This document shows, piece by piece, positions 25,200-38,400 of a stretch of DNA of 64,000 nt; position 1 is the first letter of the stretch, and every line of letters begins with the position of its first letter. The stretch is from Auanema rhodensis (lineage: Eukaryota > Animalia > Nematoda): positions 3,534,001 through 3,598,000 of the forward strand of contig OZ059898.1 in assembly GCA_964057225.1 (NCBI GenBank). The letters run 5' to 3'. The position numbers were made by a program, and so were the translations under genes. Below the pieces are notes generated by a model that saw only the letters and a program-made list of their open reading frames with translations, was not told where the DNA came from and did not search any database.

Positions 25200-28100
25200 T
25201 GTACATGGAAACTCAACATACACTAATGCATCATTTTTCAAACGATCATAACTAATTTGTGTATTAAGCGTTTCTCAATGTAGTATAGTGCATTCGATGC
25301 GGATTTTTAAGCTGCGTCGATCTGTGTTATCAGATTTGCGCTAGCTTAAAAATGCACCGAGAAATCAACTGATATAGGTTCACACTTATATCCTCGATTT
25401 TCACCCTGAAGAAATAATTTTTTCGTTGAATAACATTGTCCATCGTCTTTGCCTTAAAAAAAGGAATCTAAAAACATCTACTTTTTGCTAAATTATTTTG
25501 AAATTTTTCGAAAAAATTTTTGTCAAAATGTTTTTGGAAGCAATATTGAGTGTACATGGAAACTCAACATACACTAATGCATCATTTTTCAAACGATCAT
25601 AGCTAATTTTTGTATCAAGCGTTTCTCAATGTAGTATAGTGCATTCGATGCGGATTTTTAAGCTGCGTCGATCTGTGTTATCAGATTTGCGCTAGCTTAA
25701 AAATGCACCGAGATATCAACTGATATAAGTTCACACTTATATCCTCGATTTTCACCCTGAAGAAATAATTTTTTCGTTGAATAACATTGTCCATCGTCTT
25801 TGCCTTGAAAAATGGAATCTAAAAACATCTACTTTTTGCTAAATTCTTTTGAAATTTTTCGAAAAAATTTTTGTCAAAATGTTTTTGGAAGCAATGTTGA
25901 GTGTACATGGAAACTCAACATACACTAATGCATCATTTTTCAAACGATCATAACTAATTTTTGTATCAAGCGTTTCTCAATGTAGTATAGTGCATTCGAT
26001 GCGGATTTTTAAGCTGCGTCGATCTGTGTTATCAGATTTGCGCTAGCTTAAAAATGCACCGAGATATCAACTGATATAAGTTCACACTTATATCCTCGAT
26101 TTTCACCCTGAAGAAATAATTTTTTCGTTGAATAACATTGTCCATCGTCTTTGCCTTGAAAAATGGAATCTAAAAACATCTACTTTTTGCTAAATTCTTT
26201 TGAAATTTTTCGAAAAAATTTTTGTCAAAATGTTTTTGGAAGCAATATTGAGTGTGCATGGAAACTCAACATACACCAATGCATCATTTTTCAAACGATC
26301 ATAACTAATTTTTGTATTAAGCGTTTCTCAATGTAGTAGAGTGCATTCGATGCGGATTTTTAAGCTGCGTCGATCTGTGTTATCAGATTTGCGCTAGCTT
26401 AAAAATGCACCGAGAAATCAACTGATATAAGTTCACACTTATATCCTCGATTTTCACCCTGAAGAAATAATTTTTTCGTTGAATAACATTGTCCATCGTC
26501 TTTGCTTCGAAAAAAGGAATCTAAAAACATCTACTTTTTGCTAAATTATTTTGAAATTTTTCGAAAAAATTTTTGTCAAAATGTTTTTGGAAGCAATATT
26601 GAGTGTACATGGAAACTCAACATACACTAATGCATCATTTTTCAAACGATCATAACTAATTTGTGTATTAAGCGTTTCTCAATGTAGTATAGTGCATTTG
26701 ATGCGGATTTTTAAGCTGCGTCGATCTGTGTGATCAGATTTACGCTAGCTTAGAAATGCACCGAGATATCAACTGATATAAGTTCACACTTATATCCTCG
26801 ATTTTCACCCTAAAGAATTAATTTTTTCGTTGAATAACATTGTCTATCGTCTTTGCCTTGAAAAATGGAATCTAAAAACATCTACTTTTTGCTAAATTCT
26901 TTTGAAATTTTTTGAAAAAATTTTTGTCAAAATGTTTTTGGAAGCAATGTTGAGTGTACATGGAAACTCAACATACACTAATGCATCATTTTTCAAACGA
27001 TCATAACTAATTTTTGTATCAAGCGTTTCTCAATGTAGTATAGTGCATTCGATGCGGATTTTTAAGCTGCGTCGATCTGTGTTATCAGATTTGCGCTAGC
27101 TTAAAAATGCACCGAGATATCAACTGATATAAGTTCACACTTATATCCTCGATTTTCACCCTGAAGAAATAATTTTTTCGTTGAATAACATTGTCCATCG
27201 TCTTTTGCCTTGAAAAATGGAATCTAAAAACATCTACTTTTTGCTAAATTCTTTTGAAATTTTTCGAAAAAATTTTTGTCAAAATGTTTTTGGAAGCAAT
27301 ATTGAGTGTACATGGAAACTCAACATACACTAATGCATCATTTTTCAAACGATCATAACTAATTTGTGTATTAAGCGTTTCTCAATGTAGTATAGTGCAT
27401 TCGATGCGGATTTTTAAGCTGCGTCGATCTGTGTTATCAGATTTGCGCTAGCTTAAAAATGCACCGAGAAATCAACTGATATAGGTTCACACTTATATCC
27501 TCGATTTTCACCCTGAAGAAATAATTTTTTCGTTGAATAACATTGTCCATCGTCTTTGCCTTAAAAAAAGGAATCTAAAAACATCTACTTTTTGCTAAAT
27601 TATTTTGAAATTTTTCGAAAAAATTTTTGTCAAAATGTTTTTGGAAGCAATATTGAGTGTACATGGAAACTCAACATACACTAATGCATCATTTTTCAAA
27701 CGATCATAGCTAATTTTTGTATCAAGCGTTTCTCAATGTAGTATAGTGCATTCGATGCGGATTTTTAAGCTGCGTCGATCTGTGTTATCAGATTTGCGCT
27801 AGCTTAAAAATGCACCGAGATATCAACTGATATAAGTTCACACTTATATCCTCGATTTTCACCCTGAAGAAATAATTTTTTCGTTGAATAACATTGTCCA
27901 TCGTCTTTGCCTTGAAAAATGGAATCTAAAAACATCTACTTTTTGCTAAATTCTTTTGAAATTTTTCGAAAAAATTTTTGTCAAAATGTTTTTGGAAGCA
28001 ATGTTGAGTGTACATGGAAACTCAACATACACTAATGCATCATTTTTCAAACGATCATAACTAATTTTTGTATCAAGCGTTTCTCAATGTAGTATAGTGC

Positions 28101-29400
28101 ATTCGATGCGGATTTTTAAGCTGCGTCGATCTGTGTTATCAGATTTGCGCTAGCTTAAAAATGCACCGAGATATCAACTGATATAAGTTCACACTTATAT
28201 CCTCGATTTTCACCCTGAAGAAATAATTTTTTCGTTGAATAACATTGTCCATCGTCTTTGCCTTGAAAAATGGAATCTAAAAACATCTACTTTTTGCTAA
28301 ATTCTTTTGAAATTTTTCGAAAAAATTTTTGTCAAAATGTTTTTGGAAGCAATATTGAGTGTGCATGGAAACTCAACATACACCAATGCATCATTTTTCA
28401 AACGATCATAACTAATTTTTGTATTAAGCGTTTCTCAATGTAGTAGAGTGCATTCGATGCGGATTTTTAAGCTGCGTCGATCTGTGTTATCAGATTTGCG
28501 CTAGCTTAAAAATGCACCGAGAAATCAACTGATATAAGTTCACACTTATATCCTCGATTTTCACCCTGAAGAAATAATTTTTTCGTTGAATAACATTGTC
28601 CATCGTCTTTGCTTCGAAAAAAGGAATCTAAAAACATCTACTTTTTGCTAAATTATTTTGAAATTTTTCGAAAAAATTTTTGTCAAAATGTTTTTGGAAG
28701 CAATATTGAGTGTACATGGAAACTCAACATACACTAATGCATCATTTTTCAAACGATCATAACTAATTTGTGTATTAAGCGTTTCTCAATGTAGTATAGT
28801 GCATTTGATGCGGATTTTTAAGCTGCGTCGATCTGTGTGATCAGATTTACGCTAGCTTAGAAATGCACCGAGATATCAACTGATATAAGTTCACACTTAT
28901 ATCCTCGATTTTCACCCTAAAGAATTAATTTTTTCGTTGAATAACATTGTCTATCGTCTTTGCCTTGAAAAATGGAATCTAAAAACATCTACTTTTTGCT
29001 AAATTCTTTTGAAATTTTTTGAAAAAATTTTTGTCAAAATGTTTTTGGAAGCAATGTTGAGTGTACATGGAAACTCAACATACACTAATGCATCATTTTT
29101 CAAACGATCATAACTAATTTTTGTATCAAGCGTTTCTCAATGTAGTATAGTGCATTCGATGCGGATTTTTAAGCTGCGTCGATCTGTGTTATCAGATTTG
29201 CGCTAGCTTAAAAATGCACCGAGATATCAACTGATATAAGTTCACACTTATATCCTCGATTTTCACCCTGAAGAAATAATTTTTTCGTTGAATAACATTG
29301 TCCATCGTCTTTTGCCTTGAAAAATGGAATCTAAAAACATCTACTTTTTGCTAAATTCTTTTGAAATTTTTCGAAAAAATTTTTGTCAAAATGTTTTTGG
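25200..29400. repeat. Tandem duplication of a 6-monomer block (2107 bp x2)
   Basis: Variants pair at +2107: 26277/28384, 26508/28615, 26753/28860. Boundaries are approximate. Confidence 0.9.
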
Positions 29401-32400
29401 AAGCAATGTTGAGTGTACATGGAAACTCAACATACACTAATGCATCATTTTTCAAACGATCATAACTAATTTTTGTATCAAGCGTTTCTCAATGTAGTAT
29501 AGTGCATTCGATGCGGATTTTTAAGCTGCGTCGATCTGTGTTATCAGATTTGCGCTAGCTTAAAAATGCACCGAGAAATCAACTGATATAGGTTCACACT
29601 TATATCCTCGATTTTCACCCTGAAGAAATAATTTTTTCGTTGAATAACATTGTCCATCGTCTTTGCCTTAAAAAAAGGAATCTAAAAACATCTACTTTTT
29701 GCTAAATTATTTTGAAATTTTTCGAAAAAATTTTTGTCAAAATGTTTTTGGAAGCAATATTGAGTGTACATGGAAACTCAACATACACTAATGCATCATT
29801 TTTCAAACGATCATAGCTAATTTTTGTATCAAGCGTTTCTCAATGTAGTATAGTGCATTCGATGCGGATTTTTAAGCTGCGTCGATCTGTGTTATCAGAT
29901 TTGCGCTAGCTTAAAAATGCACCGAGATATCAACTGATATAAGTTCACACTTATATCCTCGATTTTCACCCTGAAGAAATAATTTTTTCGTTGAATAACA
30001 TTGTCCATCGTCTTTGCCTTGAAAAATGGAATCTAAAAACATCTACTTTTCGCTAAATTCTTTTGAAATTTTTCGAAAAAATTTTTGTCAAAATGTTTTT
30101 GGAAGCAATGTTGAGTGTACATGGAAACTCAACATACACTAATGCATCATTTTTCAAACGATCATAACTAATTTTTGTATCAAGCGTTTCTCAATGTAGT
30201 AGAGTGCATTCGATGCGGATTTTTAAGCTGCGTCGATCTGTGTTATCAGATTTGCGCTAGCTTAAAAATGCACCGAGAAATCAACTGATATAGGTTCACA
30301 CTTATATCCTCGATTTTCACCCTGAAGAAATAATTTTTTCGTTGAATAACATTGTCTATCGTCTTTGCCTTGAAAAATGGAATCTAAAAACATCTAGTTT
30401 TCGCTAAATTCTTTTGAAATTTTTCGAAAAAATTTTTGTCAAAATGTTTTTGGAAGCAATATTGAGTGTGCATGGAAACTCAACATACACTAATGCATCA
30501 TTTTTCAAACGATCATAACTAATTTTTGTATTAAGCGTTTCTCAATGTAGTAGAGTGCATTCGATGCGGATTTTTAAGCTGCGTCGATCTGTGTTATCAG
30601 ATTTGCGCTAGCTTAAAAATGCACCGAGAAATCAACTGATATAAGTTCACACTTATATCCTCGATTTTCACCCTGAAGAAATAATTTTTTCGTTGAATAA
30701 CATTGTCCATCGTCTTTGCCTTGAAAAAAGGAATCTAAAAACATCTACTTTTTGCTAAATTATTTTGAAATTTTTCGAAAAAATTTTTGTCAAAATGTTT
30801 TTGGAAGCAATATTGAGTGTACATGGAAACTCAACATACACTAATGCATCATTTTTCAAACGATCATAACTAATTTGTGTATTAAGCGTTTCTCAATGTA
30901 GTATAGTGCATTTGATGCGGATTTTTAAGCTGCGTCGATCTGTGTGATCAGATTTACGCTAGCTTAAAAATGCACCGAGATATCAACTGATATAAGTTCG
31001 CACTTATATCCTCGATTTTCACCCTGAAGAAATAATTTTTTCGTTGAATAACATTGTCCATCGTCTTTGCCTTGAAAAAAGGAATCTAAAAACATCTACT
31101 TTTTGCTAAATTATTTTGAAATTTTTCGAAAAAATTTTTGTCAAAATGTTTTTGGAAGCAATATTGAGTGTACATGGAAACTCAACATACACTAATGCAT
31201 CATTTTTCAAACGATCATAACTAATTTTTGTATCAAGCGTTTCTCAATGTAGTATAGTGCATTCGATGCGGATTTTTAAGCTGCGTCGATCTGTGTGATC
31301 AGATTTACGCTAGCTTAAAAATGCACCGAGATATCAACTGATATAAGTTCACACTTATATCCTCGATTTTCACCCTGAAGAAATAATTTTTTCGTTGAAT
31401 AACATTGTCCATCGTCTTTGCCTTAAAAAAAGGAATCTAAAAAATCTACTTTTTGCTAAATTATTTTGAAATTTTTCGAAAAAATTTTTGTCAAAATGTT
31501 TTTGGAAGCAATATTGAGTGTACATGGAAACTCAACATACACTAATGCATCATTTTTCAAACGATCATAACTAATTTTTGTATCAAGCGTTTCTCAATGT
31601 AGTATAGTGCATTCGATGCGGAATTTTAAGCTGCGTCGATCTGTGTTATCAGATTTGCGCTAGCTTAAAAATGCACCGAGATATCAACTGATATAAGTTC
31701 ACACTTATATCCTCGATTTTCACCCTGAAGAAATAATTTTTTCGTTGAATAACATTGTCCATCGTCTTTGCCTTGAAAAATGGAATCTAAAAACATCTAC
31801 TTTTTGCTAAATTCTTTTGAAATTTTTCGAAAAAATTTTTGTCAAAATGTTTTTGGAAGCAATGTTGAGTGTACATGGAAACTCAACATACACTAATGCA
31901 TCATTTTTCAAACGATCATAACTAATTTTTGTATCAAGCGTTTCTCAATGTAGTATAGTGCATTCGATGCGGAATTTTAAGCTGCGTCGATCTGTGTTAT
32001 CAGATTTGCGCTAGCTTAAAAATGCACCGAGATATCAACTGATATAAGTTCACACTTATATCCTCGATTTTCACCCTGAAGAAATAATTTTTTTGTTGAA
32101 TAACATTGTCCATCGTCTTTGCCTTGAAAAATGGAATCTAAAAACATCTACTTTTTGCTAACTTCTTTTGAAATTTTTCGAAAAAATTTTTGTCAAAATG
32201 TTTTTGGAAGCAATGTTGAGTGTACATGGAAACTCAACATACACTAATGCATCATTTTTCAAACGATCATAACTAATTTTTGTATTAAGCGTTTCTCAAT
32301 GTAGTAGAGTGCATTCGATGCGGATTTTTAAGCTGCGTCGATCTGTGTTATCAGATTTGCGCTAGCTTAAAAATGCACCGAGATATCAACTGATATAAGT

Positions 32401-35400
32401 TCACACTTATATCCTCGATTTTCACCCTGAAGAAATAATTTTTTTGTTGAATAACATTGTCCATCGTCTTTGCCTTGAAAAATGGAATCTAAAAACATCT
32501 ACTTTTTGCTAAATTCTTTTGAAATTTTTCGAAAAAATTTTTGTCAAAATGTTTTTGGAAGCAATGTTGAGTGTACATGGAAACTCAACATACACTAATG
32601 CATCATTTTTCAAACGATCATAACTAATTTTTGTATTAAGCGTTTCTCAATGTAGTAGAGTGCATTCGATGCGGATTTTTAAGCTGCGTCGATCTGTGTT
32701 ATCAGATTTGCGCTAGCTTAAAAATGCACCGAGATATCAACTGATATAAGTTCACACTTATATCCTCGATTTTCACCCTGAAGAAATAATTTTTTCGTTG
32801 AATAACATTGTCCATCGTCTTTTGCCTTGAAAAATGGAATCTAAAAACATCTACTTTTTGCTAAATTCTTTTGAAATTTTTCGAAAAAATTTTTGTCAAA
32901 ATGTTTTTGGAAGCAATGTTGAGTGTACATGGAAACTCAACATACACTAATGCATCATTTTTCAAACGATCATAACTAATTTTTGTATCAAGCGTTTCTC
33001 AATGTAGTATAGTGCATTCGATGCGGATTTTTAAGCTGCGTCGATCTGTGTTATCAGATTTGCGCTAGCTTAAAAATGCACCGAGAAATCAACTGATATA
33101 GGTTCACACTTATATCCTCGATTTTCACCCTGAAGAAATAATTTTTTCGTTGAATAACATTGTCCATCGTCTTTGCCTTGAAAAAAGGAATCTAAAAACA
33201 TCTACTTTTTGCTAAATTATTTTGAAATTTTTCGAAAAAATTTTTGTCAAAATGTTTTTGGAAGCAATATTGAGTGTACATGGAAACTCAACATACACTA
33301 ATGCATCATTTTTCAAACGATCATAACTAATTTTTGTATCAAGCGTTTCTCAATGTAGTATAGTGCATTCGATGCGGATTTTTAAGCTGCGTCGATCTGT
33401 GTGATCAGATTTACGCTAGCTTAAAAATGCACCGAGATATCAACTGATATAAGTTCACACTTATATCCTCGATTTTCACCCTGAAGAAATAATTTTTTCG
33501 TTGAATAACATTGTCCATCGTCTTTGCCTTAAAAAAAGGAATCTAAAAAATCTACTTTTTGCTAAATTATTTTGAAATTTTTCGAAAAAATTTTTGTCAA
33601 AATGTTTTTGGAAGCAATATTGAGTGTACATGGAAACTCAACATACACTAATGCATCATTTTTCAAACGATCATAACTAATTTTTGTATCAAGCGTTTCT
33701 CAATGTAGTATAGTGCATTCGATGCGGATTTTTAAGCTGCGTCGATCTGTGTTATCAGATTTGCGCTAGCTTAAAAATGCACCGAGAAATCAACTGATAT
33801 AGGTTCACACTTATATCCTCGATTTTCACCCTGAAGAAATAATTTTTTCGTTGAATAACATTGTCTATCGTCTTTGCCTTGAAAAATGAAATCTAAAAAC
33901 ATCTACTTTTCGCTAAATTCTTTTGAAATTTTTCGAAAAAATTTTTGTCAAAATGTTTTTGGAAGCAATATTAAGTGTACATGGAAACTCAACATACACT
34001 AATGCATCATTTTTCAAACGATCATAACTAATTTTTGTATTAAGCGTTTCTCAATGTAGTATAGTGCATTCGATGCGGATTTTTAAGCTGCGTCGATCTG
34101 TGTTATCAGATTTGCGCTAGCTTAAAAATGCACCGAGATATCAACTGATATAAGTTCACACTTATATCCTCGATTTTCACCCTGAAGAATTAAGTTTTTC
34201 GTTGAATAACATTGTCCATCGTCTTTGCCTTGAAAAATGGAATCTAAAAACATCTACTTTTTGCTAAATTCTTTTGAAATTTTTCGAAAAAATTTTTGTC
34301 AAAATGTTTTTGGAAGCAATGTTGAGTGTACATGGAAACTCAACATACACTAATGCATCATTTTTCAAACGATCATAACTAATTTTTGTATCAAGCGTTT
34401 CTCAATGTAGTATAGTGCATTCGATGCGGATTTTTAAGCTGCGTCGATCTGTGTTATCAGATTTGCGCTAGCTTAAAAATGCACCGAGATATCAACTGAT
34501 ATAAGTTCACACTTATATCCTCGATTTTCACCCTGAAGAAATAATTTTTTCGTTGAATAACATTGTCTATCGTCTTTGCCTTGAAAAATGGAATCTAAAA
34601 ACATCTACTTTTTGCTAAATTATTTTGAAATTTTTCGAAAAAATTTTTGTCAAAATGTTTTTGGAAGCAATGTTGAGTGTACATGGAAACTCAACATACA
34701 CTAATGCATCATTTTTCAAACGATCATAACTAATTTTTGTATCAAGCGTTTCTCAATGTAGTATAGTGCATTCGATGCGGATTTTTAAGCTGCGTCGATC
34801 TGTGTTATCAGATTTGCGCTAGCTTAAAAATGCACCGACAAATCAACTGATATAGGTTCACACTTATATCCTCGATTTTCACCCTGAAGAAATAATTTTT
34901 TCGTTGAATAACATTGTCCATCGTCTTTGCCTTGAAAAAAGGAATCTAAAAACATCTACTTTTTGCTAAATTATTTTGAAATTTTTCGAAAAAATTTTTG
35001 TCAAAATGTTTTTGGAAGCAATATTGAGTGTACATGGAAACTCAACATAAACTAATGCATAATTTTTCAAACGATCATAACTAATTTTTGTATCAAGCGT
35101 TTCTCAATGTAGTATAGTGCATTCGATGCGGATTTTTAAGCTGCGTCGATCTGTGTGATCAGATTTACGCTAGCTTAAAAATGCACCGAGATATCAACTG
35201 ATATAGGTTCACACTTATATCCTCGATTTTCACCCTAAAGAATTAATTTTTTCGTTGAATAACATTGTCCATCGTCTTTGCCTTGAAAAAAGGAATCTAA
35301 AAAATCTACTTTTTGCTAAATTATTTTGAAATTTTTCGAAAAAATTTTTGTCAAAATGTTTTTGGAAGCAATGTTGAGTGTACATGGAAACTCAACATAC

Positions 35401-38400
35401 ACTAATGCATCATTTTTCAAACGATCATAACTAATTTTTGTATCAAGCGTTTCTCAATGTAGTATAGTGCATTCGATGCGGAATTTTAAGCTGCGTCGAT
35501 CTGTGTTATCAGATTTGCGCTAGCTTAAAAATGCACCGAGATATCAACTGATATAAGTTCACACTTATATCCTCGATTTTCACCCTGAAGAAATAATTTT
35601 TTCGTTGAATAACATTGTCCATCGTCTTTGCCTTGAAAAAAGGAATCTAAAAAATCTACTTTTTGCTAAATTATTTTGAAATTTTTCGAAAAAATTTTTG
35701 TCAAAATGTTTTTGGAAGCAATGTTGAGTGTACATGGAAACTCAACATACACTAATGCATCATTTTTCAAACGATCATAACTAATTTTTGTATCAAGCGT
35801 TTCTCAATGTAGTATAGTGCATTCGATGCGGAATTTTAAGCTGCGTCGATCTGTGTTATCAGATTTGCGCTAGCTTAAAAATGCACCGAGATATCAACTG
35901 ATATAAGTTCACACTTATATCCTCGATTTTCACCCTGAAGAAATAATTTTTTTGTTGAATAACATTGTCCATCGTCTTTGCCTTGAAAAATGGAATCTAA
36001 AAACATCTACTTTTTGCTAAATTCTTTTGAAATTTTTCGAAAAAATTTTTGTCAAAATGTTTTTGGAAGCAATGTTGAGTGTACATGGAAACTCAACATA
36101 CACTAATGCATCATTTTTCAAACGATCATAACTAATTTTTGTATTAAGCGTTTCTCAATGTAGTAGAGTGCATTCGATGCGGATTTTTAAGCTGCGTCGA
36201 TCTGTGTTATCAGATTTGCGCTAGCTTAAAAATGCACCGAGATATCAACTGATATAAGTTCACACTTATATCCTCGATTTTCACCCTGAAGAAATAATTT
36301 TTTCGTTGAATAACATTGTCCATCGTCTTTTGCCTTGAAAAATGGAATCTAAAAACATCTACTTTTTGCTAAATTCTTTTGAAATTTTTCGAAAAAATTT
36401 TTGTCAAAATGTTTTTGGAAGCAATGTTGAGTGTACATGGAAACTCAACATACACTAATGCATCATTTTTCAAACGATCATAACTAATTTTTGTATCAAG
36501 CGTTTCTCAATGTAGTATAGTGCATTCGATGCGGATTTTTAAGCTGCGTCGATCTGTGTTATCAGATTTGCGCTAGCTTAAAAATGCACCGAGAAATCAA
36601 CTGATATAGGTTCACACTTATATCCTCGATTTTCACCCTGAAGAAATAATTTTTTCGTTGAATAACATTGTCCATCGTCTTTGCCTTGAAAAAAGGAATC
36701 TAAAAACATCTACTTTTTGCTAAATTATTTTGAAATTTTTCGAAAAAATTTTTGTCAAAATGTTTTTGGAAGCAATATTGAGTGTACATGGAAACTCAAC
36801 ATACACTAATGCATCATTTTTCAAACGATCATAACTAATTTTTGTATCAAGCGTTTCTCAATGTAGTATAGTGCATTCGATGCGGATTTTTAAGCTGCGT
36901 CGATCTGTGTGATCAGATTTACGCTAGCTTAAAAATGCACCGAGATATCAACTGATATAAGTTCACACTTATATCCTCGATTTTCACCCTGAAGAAATAA
37001 TTTTTTCGTTGAATAACATTGTCTATCGTCTTTGCCTTGAAAAATGGAATCTAAAAACATCTACTTTTTGCTAAATTCTTTTGAAATTTTTTGAAAAAAT
37101 TTTTGTCAAAATGTTTTTGGAAGCAATGTTGAGTGTACATGGAAACTCAACATACACTAATGCATCATTTTTCAAACGATCATAACTAATTTTTGTATCA
37201 AGCGTTTCTCAATGTAGTATAGTGCATTCGATGCGGATTTTTAAGCTGCGTCGATCTGTGTTATCAGATTTGCGCTAGCTTAAAAATGCACCGAGATATC
37301 AACTGATATAAGTTCACACTTATATCCTCGATTTTCACCCTGAAGAAACAATTTTTTCGTTGAATAACATTGTCCATCGTCTTTGCCTTGAAAAAAGGAA
37401 TCTAAAAAATCTACTTTTTGCTAAATTATTTTGAAATTTTTCGAAAAAATTTTTGTCAAAATGTTTTTGGAAGCAATGTTGAGTGTACATGGAAACTCAA
37501 CATACACTAATGCATCATTTTTCAAACGATCATAACTAATTTTTGTATCAAGCGTTTCTCAATGTAGTATAGTGCATTCGATGCGGAATTTTAAGCTGCG
37601 TCGATCTGTGTTATCAGATTTGCGCTAGCTTAAAAATGCACCGAGATATCAACTGATATAAGTTCACACTTATATCCTCGATTTTCACCCTGAAGAAATA
37701 ATTTTTTCGTTGAATAACATTGTCCATCGTCTTTGCCTTGAAAAATGGAATCTAAAAACATCTACTTTTTGCTAAATTCTTTTGAAATTTTTCGAAAAAA
37801 TTTTTGTCAAAATGTTTTTGGAAGCAATGTTGAGTGTACATGGAAACTCAACATACACTAATGCATCATTTTTCAAACGATCATAACTAATTTTTGTATC
37901 AAGCGTTTCTCAATGTAGTATAGTGCATTCGATGCGGATTTTTAAGCTGCGTCGATCTGTGTTATCAGATTTGCGCTAGCTTAAAAATGCACCGAGATAT
38001 CAACTGATATAAGTTCACACTTATATCCTCGATTTTCACCCTGAAGAAATAATTTTTTTGTTGAATAACATTGTCCATCGTCTTTGCCTTGAAAAATGGA
38101 ATCTAAAAACATCTACTTTTTGCTAAATTCTTTTGAAATTTTTCGAAAAAATTTTTGTCAAAATGTTTTTGGAAGCAATGTTGAGTGTACATGGAAACTC
38201 AACATACACTAATGCATCATTTTTCAAACGATCATAACTAATTTTTGTATTAAGCGTTTCTCAATGTAGTAGAGTGCATTCGATGCGGATTTTTAAGCTG
38301 CGTCGATCTGTGTTATCAGATTTGCGCTAGCTTAAAAATGCACCGAGATATCAACTGATATAAGTTCACACTTATATCCTCGATTTTCACCCTGAAGAAA

